Below, one piece after another: positions 1 to 8,605 of a stretch of DNA of 52,091 nt (position 1 is the first letter of the stretch; every line of letters starts with the position of its first letter). Both the position numbers and the translations under genes were made by a program. The notes under the pieces were generated by a model. It saw only the letters and a program-made list of their open reading frames with translations, did no database searches and was not told where the DNA came from. This DNA is from Conexibacter woesei. GTDB taxonomy: Bacteria > Actinomycetota > Thermoleophilia > Solirubrobacterales > 70-9. Location: contig JBEBTS010000001.1 in NCBI GenBank assembly GCA_040393665.1, positions 1-52,091 of the forward strand, read 5' to 3'.

Positions 1-907
1 TGATCGAGATCGCCAGGCCCGCCGCGATGCCGGCCAGGATCAGCGGCCCCTTGTCCAGCAGCGGAGCGTCCGGATCCGGCGCGTCCTCGACCGCACCGCT
101 CTTGGGGGCTCGTCGCTGGTGACCGTTGATCAGGAATGCCGCGAAGGCGATCAGGAAGGCGAAGCAGATGATGTCGTTGCGGCCCTCACCCGGCTGGGTC
201 TCGATCATCACGCCCGAGGAGAGCAGGATCGCGCCGCCGACCAGGGTGGCCGGGCCGACGCCGTAGGGACGGCCGACGCACCAGCAGGCGAGCAGGGCGA
301 TCGCCAGCGGCAGCATGTTGAACACCGGTGAGAGCCAGTCGCTCTTCATCAATCCCATCAGGGCGCCGTGCATCAGCTCGCCGCCCAGCGGGTAGAGCCA
401 CACCGCCAGCCGGAGCGGGTCGGTGTAGTGGAGCGGGATCGTCGAGGCCTCCTGGATGAACCGGGCCGACGAAGGCATGTGGTACCAGGTGGTGTCGCCG
501 CCGAACATGCCCTGGTCGAGGCTGAGCTGCGACGGGAAGCTCCACTCGGCGACCACCCACGAGGCGACCGCGACGGCGACCAGCAACGTCCAGGTCGGCA
601 CCTTCGGGGCCGCGATCTCCTCGACGTCGCGAGGCGCGAACCGGTACCCGAGCCCGGCCGCGATCAGCGGGATCACGACGCAGGAGGCGAGCATCCAGCC
701 CGGGGTCAGGATCGAGAGCGAACCGACCAGCTGGAGCGCGATGGTCAGCAGCGCGAAGCCGAGGGTGAGCTCAGCCAGGCGCGAGAGCGCACCCGAGAAC
801 TCGGGCACGATCCAGCGGCGCAGCCAGTAGGCCCCCAGCCAGAGGGCCAGGACCGACGCCGTGATCGCGACGACTCCGAAGAGGTATGAGGAGAGGGTCG
901 GGATCAA
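1..907 (-). CDS. integral membrane protein, N-terminal ~300 aa (runs off the left edge)
   Basis: Absent from the ORF track because no stop lies inside the window. Hand translation of the minus strand from TTG at 905..907 (first start after the in-frame TAG at 944..946) gives MIPTLSSYLFGVVAITASVLALWLGAYWLRRW... It has several hydrophobic helices and G/C-rich third codon positions. The listed ORFs 119..331, 186..560, 368..889 and 456..830 read as Arg/Pro/Gly-rich shadow frames. Confidence 0.55.
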   Translation of the reverse strand, partial: MIPTLSSYLFGVVAITASVLALWLGAYWLRRWIVPEFSGALSRLAELTLGFALLTIALQLVGSLSILTPGWMLASCVVIPLIAAGLGYRFAPRDVEEIAAPKVPTWTLLVAVAVASWVVAEWSFPSQLSLDQGMFGGDTTWYHMPSSARFIQEASTIPLHYTDPLRLAVWLYPLGGELMHGALMGLMKSDWLSPVFNMLPLAIALLACWCVGRPYGVGPATLVGGAILLSSGVMIETQPGEGRNDIICFAFLIAFAAFLINGHQRRAPKSGAVEDAPDPDAPLLDKGPLILAGIAAGLAISI

Positions 908-1052
908 ATCCCGACCTTGAGCTCGGCAGACACCGCGGGAATCCTAGTTGAGTTTCCGGAGGCGGCGAAGCACGAGGCCCTCAGTCCGGGGTCGAGACCG
1001 GACTTTTGGGTCTATATGAACCAATAGTCCGGTTTCGATTCGCGGTGGGCGG

Positions 1053-1700
1053 TCAGGCCGCGGGGACCTGGCAGGCGACGCCGGTCCCGGCGAGGCCGCA
1101 GTACCCGCCCGGCACCTTGTCGAGGTACTGCTGGTGGAGCTCCTCGGCGTAGTAGAACGGCCCGGCGGGCTCGATCACGGTGGTGATCTCCCCCAGCCCT
1201 CGCGCGGTCAGCGCCTCCTGGTAGGCGTCCCGGGCCCGCAGAGCCGCCGCCCGCTGGGCCTCGTCGACGGTGAAGATCCCGGAGCGGTACTGGCTGCCGA
1301 CGTCGTTGCCCTGACGCATCCCCTGGGTCGGGTCGTGCTCGGAGAAGAACGTCTCGAGCAGCTGCTCGTAGGAGACGACCGCGGGGTCGAACGCGACCAG
1401 GACCGCCTCGGCGTGGCCGGTCATCCCGGAGCAGACCTCCTCGTAGGTCGGGTTCGGCGTGATCCCGTTCTGGTAGCCGACCGCGGTCGTCCACACGCCG
1501 TCCAGGCGCCAGAACAGACGCTCCGCCCCCCAGAAGCAGCCGAGGGCGAAGTAGGCCGTCTCGATCCCGTCCGGGAAGGGCCCTTCCAGCGGATGGCCGA
1601 GGACGGTGTGAGTGGCCGGGACCGGGAACGGGCGGTCCGCCCGTCCGGGCAGCGCCGTGTCCGCGTCGGGCATCGTCACTTCTTTTCGACCGAAGAGCAT
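1053..1700 (-). CDS. msrA: peptide-methionine (S)-S-oxide reductase
   Basis: 215-aa ORF with the MsrA active-site block [11 protein letters not shown] and a colinear conserved core. The internal ATG at 1673 (MPDADT...) is an alternative start. Confidence 0.93.
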   Translation of the reverse strand: MLFGRKEVTMPDADTALPGRADRPFPVPATHTVLGHPLEGPFPDGIETAYFALGCFWGAERLFWRLDGVWTTAVGYQNGITPNPTYEEVCSGMTGHAEAVLVAFDPAVVSYEQLLETFFSEHDPTQGMRQGNDVGSQYRSGIFTVDEAQRAAALRARDAYQEALTARGLGEITTVIEPAGPFYYAEELHQQYLDKVPGGYCGLAGTGVACQVPAA

Positions 1701-1756
1701 GAACCGATGCTACTCCCCGTCTAGACTTGCGCCATGAGCGAGCGGGGTGGCGGGCA

Positions 1757-2368
1757 GTGAGCGCGAAGATCATCGAACGGGGCGAGATCGGGATCACCTG
1801 GGTCATGGACGAGCCCAACGCCCGCGCGTCGCACGCGCTCGTCTCCGACGGCAGGGTCTGGATCATCGACCCGGTCGACGATCCCGCCGCGATCGAACGA
1901 GCCGTCGAGCTGGGCCGGCCGGTCTCCGTGCTGCAGCTCCTCGACCGCCACAACCGTGATTCCCAGGCGGTCGCCGACCGGCTCGGGGTCCCCCGGGTGG
2001 TCCTGCCCCTGGAGCTGAGGAACACCCCCTTCGAGGCGATCGAGGTGGTCGAGAACCGGATCTGGAAGGAACGCGCCCTGTGGTGGCAGGCGGAGCAGAC
2101 CCTGGTGGTCGCCGAGGCGATCGGGACCAGCCCGATGTTCAAGCCCTCCGACGCCGGTGCCGGGGTCCACATCGGGCTGCGGCTGAACCCGCCCCGCAAG
2201 GCGCTCGGCAGCTACGTGCCGCGCCACCTCCTGGTCGGACACGGCGAGCCGATCCACGGCACCGGGGCCGCCCGTGCCCTGGACGAGGCCCTGGCCCGCT
2301 CCCGCCGCGATCTGCCCGCGGCCATGATCGGGCTCCCGGGCGCGTTCCGCAAGCGCGCCTCGAACTGA
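1757..2368 (+). CDS. hypothetical protein, possibly a degenerate metallo-beta-lactamase fold
   Basis: GC3-rich frame of ORF 1727..2368. GTG at 1757 (VSAKIIERGE...) is the preferred start. 'LLDRHNRD' sits where MBL proteins carry HxHxDH. The family assignment is tentative. Confidence 0.55.
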   Translation: MSAKIIERGEIGITWVMDEPNARASHALVSDGRVWIIDPVDDPAAIERAVELGRPVSVLQLLDRHNRDSQAVADRLGVPRVVLPLELRNTPFEAIEVVENRIWKERALWWQAEQTLVVAEAIGTSPMFKPSDAGAGVHIGLRLNPPRKALGSYVPRHLLVGHGEPIHGTGAARALDEALARSRRDLPAAMIGLPGAFRKRASN

Positions 2369-2411
2369 CCGACCTCACGATCGTCGTCCCCGACCGGAAG
2401 GAACCATCAGC

Positions 2412-2696
2412 ATGAGCAGCGAAGGAAACGCACCGCTCCCGCCCGAGACCCTGCAGGGATGGGTCGACGACCTCAAGGCCACGCTCGACCTGGAGGACGA
2501 CATCCAGATCGCGGAGATCCTCGACCTGGCCAAGGACTTCGCCCACAACGTGGCGCGACCGGCCGCGCCACTGACCACCTTCGCGATCGGCCTGGCGGTG
2601 GGCCGGGCCGCGGCCGGGGGCAGCGACCCGGCGAGCGAGTTCACCCGGCTGTCGGAGGCAGCCCGGGCCCGTTCCTTCGAGTGGAAGCCGGAGTGA
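2412..2696 (+). CDS. small acidic protein, DUF6457-like (commonly next to molybdopterin genes)
   Basis: 94-aa GC3-rich ORF whose stop overlaps the next start (GTGA) of moaD. The family name is from memory and unverified. Confidence 0.55.
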   Translation: MSSEGNAPLPPETLQGWVDDLKATLDLEDDIQIAEILDLAKDFAHNVARPAAPLTTFAIGLAVGRAAAGGSDPASEFTRLSEAARARSFEWKPE

Positions 2697-2974
2697 CGGC
2701 CGGTCCCGAGTCCGGTTCCGGAGCGGGCACGGTGAGGATCCGGCTGTTCGCCGGTGCGGCCGACGCGGTCGGCCGCGGAGAGATGGAGCTGGACGACCCC
2801 GGGACGATCGGGGCCGTGGTCGACTCGCTGTGCGCGGGCCGCGCCCCGCGGTGCCGAGAGGTGCTGGAACAGTGCTCGCTGCTGATCGACGGCGAGCGGG
2901 CTCGCGGGCCGGAGACCGCGGTGCCCCCGGGCGCGACGGTCGACGTGCTGCCGCCGTTCGCGGGCGGCCGGTAG
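2693..2974 (+). CDS. moaD: MoaD/ThiS-family sulfur-carrier protein (molybdopterin synthase small subunit)
   Basis: C-terminal part of track ORF 2459..2974: ...VRIRLFAGAADAVGRGEMELDD...GATVDVLPPFAGGR. This is a beta-grasp-size protein ending in GG plus one extra Arg. GTG 2693 overlaps the upstream stop; GTG 2732 (VRIRLFAG) is an alternative start. Confidence 0.75.
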   Translation: MTAGPESGSGAGTVRIRLFAGAADAVGRGEMELDDPGTIGAVVDSLCAGRAPRCREVLEQCSLLIDGERARGPETAVPPGATVDVLPPFAGGR

Positions 2975-3019
2975 GCGCGGGCCGCGACCAGCGGCCACGG
3001 GCCGGCGGGACGAACCGCC

Positions 3020-4030
3020 TCAGCCGCCGATCGCGTTCATCCCCCGGGAAGGCTGCAGGAACCCGGGATCGTCGATGTTGTGGCCGGGCAGCTTGTGCCA
3101 GACGCAGTCGCGCAGCATCGCCTCGATCGCCGCGTCGGAGCCGCCGTCCCGGAGGATCGGCTTGAGGTCGTACTCGGTGGTCGAGAAGAGGCAGTTCCTC
3201 ACCTGCCCGTCCGCGGTCAGGCGCAGCCGGTCGCAGTTGCCGCAGAACGGCGCGGTGACCGAGGCGATCACGCCGACCGTGTGCGGGCCGCCGTCGAGGG
3301 TCCAGGTCTCCGCCGGGGCGCCGCCACGGCCCGGCACCGGTTCGAGAGCGAACCGGCCGGCGAGCGCCTCGAGGATCTCCTCCCGGGTGACCATCTCCCC
3401 CCGGTCCCAGGTGTGGCCGACGTCGAGCGGCATCTGCTCGATGAAGCGCATCTGGGCGTCGTTCTCGATCGCGAACTCGACCAGGTCGACCAGCTCGTCG
3501 TCGTTCACCCCGCGCATCGCGACGGCGTTCAGCTTCAGGGGCCGGAGGCCGGACTCGCGGGCCGCCCGGATCCCGCTCAGGACCTCGTCCAGCTTGTTCC
3601 GGTGGGTCAGCTCGAGGAAGCGGTCGCGGCGCAGGGTGTCGATGCTGATGTTGAGCCGGTCGAGCCCGGCCGCGGCGAGCTCCGGCAGGAACCTCGGCAG
3701 CTTGATCCCGTTGGTGGTCATCGCGACCCGGACCGGCCCCTCGGGGCCCTCCAGCTCGGAGACCCGCCGGACGACCTCGACGATCTCGGCGTAGAGGAGC
3801 GGCTCGCCGCCCGTCAGCCGGATCGTCGTGATGCCGAGGCCGGCCGCGATCCGGGCGACCCGGACCAGCTCGTCGGTGGAGAGCACGCTCGCCATCGGCA
3901 TCCACTCCACGCCTTCGGCCGGCATGCAGTAGGAGCAGCGCAGCGAGCACTTATCGGTCAGGGAGACCCGCAGGTCACGGTGGACCCGGCCGAAGGAGTC
4001 GACCAGCGGGCCGTCGGCGGCGGCGTTCAC
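3020..4030 (-). CDS. moaA: GTP 3',8-cyclase (radical SAM)
   Basis: 336 aa with the CSLRCSYC radical-SAM cluster motif, a C-terminal CGNCDRLRLTADG second cluster, and a GG tail. Confidence 0.95.
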   Translation of the reverse strand: MNAAADGPLVDSFGRVHRDLRVSLTDKCSLRCSYCMPAEGVEWMPMASVLSTDELVRVARIAAGLGITTIRLTGGEPLLYAEIVEVVRRVSELEGPEGPVRVAMTTNGIKLPRFLPELAAAGLDRLNISIDTLRRDRFLELTHRNKLDEVLSGIRAARESGLRPLKLNAVAMRGVNDDELVDLVEFAIENDAQMRFIEQMPLDVGHTWDRGEMVTREEILEALAGRFALEPVPGRGGAPAETWTLDGGPHTVGVIASVTAPFCGNCDRLRLTADGQVRNCLFSTTEYDLKPILRDGGSDAAIEAMLRDCVWHKLPGHNIDDPGFLQPSRGMNAIGG

Positions 4031-4473
4031 CGGAGGCCGACCCAGCTCTCGGCTCCCCCGGACTCGATCTGGCGCTTCCAGATCGGCAGATCGGACTTGA
4101 TCGCCTCGACCAGCTCGCGGTTGGCGGCGTACGCCTCCGCGCGGTGGGCCGAGGCGACGCAGGCCACCAGGGCGAGCCCGCCCACGGGAACGTGGCCGAT
4201 CCGGTGGCTGACCGCGATCATCACGTCCGGGCCGGCGAACCGGGAGGCGATCTCCCCGATGATCCGCCCGGCGTCCGGATGGCAGGTGTACTCGATCGAC
4301 TCGACCTCGCCGACGGCGTCGGGGTCGTGATCGCGGATCTGGCCGATGAAGGTCGCGACGGCGCCGAACCGGGGCGAGGCGACCGCGTCGAGGTGCGCCT
4401 GGAGGTCCAGCGGCTCGGCGGTGACCCTCGCGAAGGCGACCGCGGCGGCCGGCGATCCGACTCCGCCGCTCAC
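4027..4473 (-). CDS. moaE: molybdopterin synthase catalytic subunit
   Basis: 148 aa, MoaE-like (...FIGQIRDH...IWKRQ...). It overlaps moaA by 4 nt. Confidence 0.9.
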   Translation of the reverse strand: MSGGVGSPAAAVAFARVTAEPLDLQAHLDAVASPRFGAVATFIGQIRDHDPDAVGEVESIEYTCHPDAGRIIGEIASRFAGPDVMIAVSHRIGHVPVGGLALVACVASAHRAEAYAANRELVEAIKSDLPIWKRQIESGGAESWVGLR

Positions 4474-5003
4474 CGGTGGTCCCCTCCCCGCATCTGGTCG
4501 ATCGCGTGCGGGATCAGCGGCGTCAGCACCGCGAGCCCGTCCCGGACGCCGCCGGGCGAGCCGGGCAGGTTCACGATCAGCGCCTCGTGGGCCCCGGAGG
4601 GCGAGACCCCGACCCCGGCCAGACCACGGGAGAGCACGGCGGTCGGCACCTGATCGACCCCTTTCGTCCGGATCGCCTCGGCCACGCCGGGCAGCTCGCG
4701 GACCAGCAGCGGGCGGGTGGCCTCCGGGGTCTCGTCGCGCGGGCCGAGCCCGGTGCCGCCGAGGGTCACCAGCACGTCCGCCCCTCCGACCAGGTTCCGT
4801 TCGAGGGCGCCGGAGACGGAGGCGACGCCGTCCGCGACCACTTCCAGCGAGACGTCGTCGAACCCCGCCGCGGCGAGGATCTCCACCGCGGCCGGCCCGG
4901 AGCGGTCCTCGCGCTCACCGGCAGCCGAGCGGTCCGAGACGGTGATCACCGCGACCGAGACGTCGGCGGAACTGACGGTGCCGGAACTGACGGTGCCTGT
5001 CAT
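4470..5003 (-). CDS. moaB: MoaB/MogA-family molybdenum cofactor biosynthesis protein
   Basis: 177 aa with TLGGTGLGPRDETPEAT and NLPGSPGG motifs typical of MogA/MoaB. It overlaps moaE by 4 nt. Confidence 0.9.
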   Translation of the reverse strand: MTGTVSSGTVSSADVSVAVITVSDRSAAGEREDRSGPAAVEILAAAGFDDVSLEVVADGVASVSGALERNLVGGADVLVTLGGTGLGPRDETPEATRPLLVRELPGVAEAIRTKGVDQVPTAVLSRGLAGVGVSPSGAHEALIVNLPGSPGGVRDGLAVLTPLIPHAIDQMRGGDHR

Positions 5004-5069
5004 AGCTGGACCTTAGAGGACCGGCCTCGGCCGCCCTCGCGGTTTCCCCGCAGACACGGCCGCTCCGGA

Positions 5070-5143
<74 letters not shown>

Positions 5144-5193
5144 ACGCAATGAGCGATTCTACCCCGCGGCGACGCCCGTGGCACCCCCACCGC

Positions 5194-6147
5194 CTAGAGG
5201 CCCTGAGACTCCCGCCACGCGGTGAACGCCTCCCGGGTGGTGTACCGCGGGACATAGCCGAAATCCGCCTTCAGCCGGGAGTTGTCGAGCACCGGGCGGT
5301 AGCGGAGGAAGTCGGTCTGAGCCGGCCCGTGCGGGGTGAGCCGCAGCGCGTGGCCGACCGCGAGCGCGGCCTTGAGCGCCCCCACCGGGATCTCGGTCAC
5401 GCCCTTGCCCAGCTCGGCGGCGATCTCGTCGACCGTCATCGCCCCGTCCCCGGCGACGTTGAAGATCCCGGTCCTCTCGCCCAGCACCGCTTGGAGCATG
5501 ATCCCGACCACGTCCTGGTCCCAGATGAAGACGAACGGCGAGTCCGAGCCGCGGATCTTGAGCAGCTTCTTCTTGCGGAAGAGGTCGGTGATCTGGTTGT
5601 CCACCGTCTCCCCGAGGATCGTCCCGATCCGCAGCACCACCTGGCCCAGCTGGGGACTGGTCTCGCGCAGCTCGGCCAGCATCTCCTCGACCAGCCGCTT
5701 GTGCAGGCTGTACGGGAAGGTGTCGGTGCCCCGGACCGGATCGTCCTCGGTCAGCCACTCGGGGCTGTCGGCGTGGTAGCCGTAGGCGGCCCCGGACGAG
5801 GAGACGACGACCCGCCCCACCCCGTGCTCGACGCAGGCGTCGAAGACGTTGCGGGATCCGGTCACGTCCACCGCGTACTCCTGCTCGCGGGTGGTCGACT
5901 TGCCCGGGTTGACGATCGAGGCGAGGTGGACCACCGTGTCGACCCGGTGCTCGCCGATCACGTCCGACACCGCCGCGGCGTCGGTCACGTCGGCGATCGC
6001 GTACTCGGCGCCCGGGATCCGGTCCGCCTCGTCCGGAACCCGCAGATCACCGCTGACGACCAGCTCGACCTCGTCGGCCGCCGCCAGGCCCGCGACCACG
6101 GACCGGCCGAGGAACCCCGACCCACCGGTGACGAAAACCCGCTTCAT
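5194..6147 (-). CDS. NAD-dependent epimerase/dehydratase-family SDR
   Basis: MKRVFVTGGSGFLGRS Rossmann motif. The ATG at 6147 is preceded by GGAGGAGGG. The track ORF extends to 6183, but that extension lacks an RBS. Confidence 0.85.
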   Translation of the reverse strand: MKRVFVTGGSGFLGRSVVAGLAAADEVELVVSGDLRVPDEADRIPGAEYAIADVTDAAAVSDVIGEHRVDTVVHLASIVNPGKSTTREQEYAVDVTGSRNVFDACVEHGVGRVVVSSSGAAYGYHADSPEWLTEDDPVRGTDTFPYSLHKRLVEEMLAELRETSPQLGQVVLRIGTILGETVDNQITDLFRKKKLLKIRGSDSPFVFIWDQDVVGIMLQAVLGERTGIFNVAGDGAMTVDEIAAELGKGVTEIPVGALKAALAVGHALRLTPHGPAQTDFLRYRPVLDNSRLKADFGYVPRYTTREAFTAWRESQGL

Positions 6148-6184
6148 CGCTCCACCCTCCTCCTGATCGCTTCGCATCTCCACC

Positions 6185-7150
6185 TCACGCCGTGGCCTCC
6201 GACCCGACCGAGCGCTTCGCCCACCAACTGGCCAGGGCCAGCCCGGCGATTATGTCCCAGATCCCCCACCAGCCGGCGACCATCGCCATCCCGCCGAGGC
6301 CGTCGAAGAAGCTGAAGATGATGCCGAGCCCGAGGCCGGCGTTCCGCACCCCGACCTCGAAGGTGACCGCCCGCCGGTTCCGCTCCTCCAGCTTGAAGGA
6401 GGCGGCGATGCCGTAGCCGAGCGAGAGCGCCAGCGTGTCGTGCAGGAACACGGCCAGCGCGACGATCGCGATGTGCTCGCGGAAGGCGGTGAAGTTGGAG
6501 GCGAAGGCGATCAGGATGAACGCGACCAGGGCGAGCAGGCTGAACCGCTTGACCCACGGCTGCGCACGGGCGGCGAAGCCCGGATGCCGATGGGCGAGCG
6601 AGATCCCGACCACGAACGGCAGCCCGATGATCAGGACGATCTCGCCCAGCATCTCCAGGGCGCTGAGCTCGATCGAGGTCAGGATCTGCGAGGCCTCGGG
6701 GTGGATCCCGCCCCAGAAGGCGATGTTCAACGGCATCAGGAAGATCGCCAGCAGGTTGGAGATCGCGGTCATCGAGACGGAGAGCGCGACGTTGCCCTGC
6801 GATCGGTAGGTGAGGACGTTGGAGATGTTCCCCGGCGGGCAGCAGGCGACCAGGATCATCCCCAGCGAGATCGAGGCCGAGAAGCCGAGCAGGATCGTCA
6901 GCCCGAAGGTGATCGCCGGCAGGCAGATGAACTGGGCGGCGATCCCGACCGCCATCGCCTTCGGCATCTTCGCCACCGAGCGGAAGTCCTCGATCTTGGT
7001 GTCGAGGGCGATCCCGAACATGAGGAAGCCCAGCACGACGCTGAGCAGGACCAGCGAAGAGTCGTTGAAGTTGAGCTTGACCTCGTCGATGTCCGCCAGC
7101 GGCAGGGCCGGCAGGTGCGCCGCGAGCTCGAGCACCGCTCCGGGCAGCAT
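6185..7150 (-). CDS. bile acid:sodium symporter (BASS/SBF) family transporter
   Basis: 321 aa, polytopic. Contains CCPGGNISNV... and EVGVRNAGLG signatures typical of the SBF family. Confidence 0.85.
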   Translation of the reverse strand: MLPGAVLELAAHLPALPLADIDEVKLNFNDSSLVLLSVVLGFLMFGIALDTKIEDFRSVAKMPKAMAVGIAAQFICLPAITFGLTILLGFSASISLGMILVACCPPGNISNVLTYRSQGNVALSVSMTAISNLLAIFLMPLNIAFWGGIHPEASQILTSIELSALEMLGEIVLIIGLPFVVGISLAHRHPGFAARAQPWVKRFSLLALVAFILIAFASNFTAFREHIAIVALAVFLHDTLALSLGYGIAASFKLEERNRRAVTFEVGVRNAGLGLGIIFSFFDGLGGMAMVAGWWGIWDIIAGLALASWWAKRSVGSEATA

Positions 7151-8577
7151 CAGGCCGGATCGGAGAACAGCTTCAGGTGGTCACGGATCGCCGCCCGGTA
7201 CGCGTCCTTGTTCACGTAGTACGGGAGGCGGTCGAGCTGGCGGTAGTTGTAGCCGGCGAAGAGATCCGGCTTGGGGCCGTTGATCCGGCGCCACATCTCC
7301 TCCGCCTTGGCCGGGGACTGCTCGGCGGCGAGGATCAGCTCCGCGACCAGGTCGGACTGGTTCGAGCGGCCCTGCCAGCCCAGGCCGGTCGCCTCGACCA
7401 TGCCGAGGACGAACAGGTTGCGGTGCCGGGGGGTGAAGATGTTGAGGTACAGGTCGGGCGAGTTGCCGGACCAGTTGAGGTGCTCGGGGTCGATGAACGG
7501 GTAGTGGAGCCGGTAGCCGGTCGCCAGCATCACCAGGTCGTACTCGCCGGAGCTGCCGTCGACGAACCGGACCCCGTCCGGCTCGAACCGCTCGACGTCC
7601 TTGCGGATCGAGATGTCGCCGTGGCCGGCGTAGTAGAGCACCTGGGTGTTCATCACCGGGTGGGTCTCGTAGATCCGTCCGGTCGGCTCGGGGAAGCCGA
7701 GCCGGGCCGGGTTCCCGGTGAGGAACCGGATGAACTTGCCGTCGATCCTGGTCTTGAGGAAGGCGGGCAGGGCCTTGCCCTCGTTGAGCGTGTCGGACGG
7801 ACGTCCGAAGATGTACTTGGGGAAGAACCAGTAGCCGGAGCGCAGGCTCATCTCCACCGACTTCGCGTAGTGGACGGCGTCGACCGCGATGTCGCAGCCG
7901 GAGTTGCCGGCGCCGATGATCAGGACCCGCTTGTCGCGGAAGATGTCGGGCCGCTTGTAGACGGAGGTGTGGAGGATCTCGCCGGTGAAGTCCTCCTGCC
8001 CCGGGAACACCGGGACGTTCGGCTCGGAAAGAATGCCGTTGGCGATCAGCACCCCGGCGTACCGCCCGGTCTCCTCCGTCCCGTCGGACCCGCGCACGGT
8101 GACCAGCCACGGACCGTGGTCGCCCTCCCCCTCCGGCTCGGCCCGGATCACCTCGGTGCCGAACCGGTAGTGGCGCCGCAGGTCGAAGGTGTCGGCGTAG
8201 TCGTTGAAGTAAGCGTTCATCTCCCGGTGGCTGGGGAAGTCGGCGACCTCGTCGCGCATCGGGAACTCGTCGTAGGCGGTGGTGGTCTTCGAGGAGATCA
8301 GGTGGGCCGACTCGTACATGGTGCTCTTCGGGCTCTCGATGTCCCAGAGCCCGCCGACCTCGGTGTGGATCTCGAACCCGACGAAGGGGATCCCGCGCCG
8401 GGCGAGGTTGCGGGCCGCTGCCAGGCCGGTCGGCCCGGCGCCGATCAGGGCCCAGGGCAGGGCGCCGTCCGCCTCCGTCACGGCTCCCCCCGCCGCACCC
8501 GGCAGCTCCGAGACCGCGCCTTCCACCACGTCAGTTCCCTGCTCCTCCGTCCCCATGGGCGGAGATCCTAACGGCAC
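7150..8577 (-). CDS. class B flavin-containing monooxygenase (NAD(P)/FAD-dependent)
   Basis: Contains GAGPTGL (FAD), the FMO motif FTGEILHTSVY (FxGxxxHxxxY) and GAGNSGCD (NADPH). The start may instead be the ATG at 8556. A 1-nt overlap with the transporter gene suggests an operon. Confidence 0.85.
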   Translation of the reverse strand: MPLGSPPMGTEEQGTDVVEGAVSELPGAAGGAVTEADGALPWALIGAGPTGLAAARNLARRGIPFVGFEIHTEVGGLWDIESPKSTMYESAHLISSKTTTAYDEFPMRDEVADFPSHREMNAYFNDYADTFDLRRHYRFGTEVIRAEPEGEGDHGPWLVTVRGSDGTEETGRYAGVLIANGILSEPNVPVFPGQEDFTGEILHTSVYKRPDIFRDKRVLIIGAGNSGCDIAVDAVHYAKSVEMSLRSGYWFFPKYIFGRPSDTLNEGKALPAFLKTRIDGKFIRFLTGNPARLGFPEPTGRIYETHPVMNTQVLYYAGHGDISIRKDVERFEPDGVRFVDGSSGEYDLVMLATGYRLHYPFIDPEHLNWSGNSPDLYLNIFTPRHRNLFVLGMVEATGLGWQGRSNQSDLVAELILAAEQSPAKAEEMWRRINGPKPDLFAGYNYRQLDRLPYYVNKDAYRAAIRDHLKLFSDPA

Positions 8578-8605
8578 CGTCGGGTTCCCCCGCTACGGTT
8601 GGATC

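Noticed and set aside
2139-3950. 603-aa minus-strand ORF, and similar very long ORFs (17838..20192, 784 aa; 28176..30221, 681 aa; 32659..34800, 713 aa; 46339..48759, 806 aa; 20006..21565; 49229..50992).
   Set aside because: These are Arg/Pro/Gly/Asp-dominated, low-complexity translations. They lie antisense or out of frame to genes with clear family signatures (moaA, ctaD-like, ctaC/GT4, cca, YibE/F + COG0523, ctaB, znuBA). They are typical stop-poor shadow frames of high-GC DNA.
5004-5069. Moco riboswitch in front of the moaB-moaE-moaA operon.
   Set aside because: The available leader is only about 65 nt and is bounded by the tRNA gene, so there is no room for the ~130-nt Moco motif.
8279-8605. 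N-terminal 109 codons of the track ORF for the DUF1015 protein.
   Set aside because: This part overlaps the 5' end of the FMO gene on the opposite strand, has no family similarity, and shows poor codon bias. The family-typical N-terminus, MAEVLPFPALHYN, begins at 8606.
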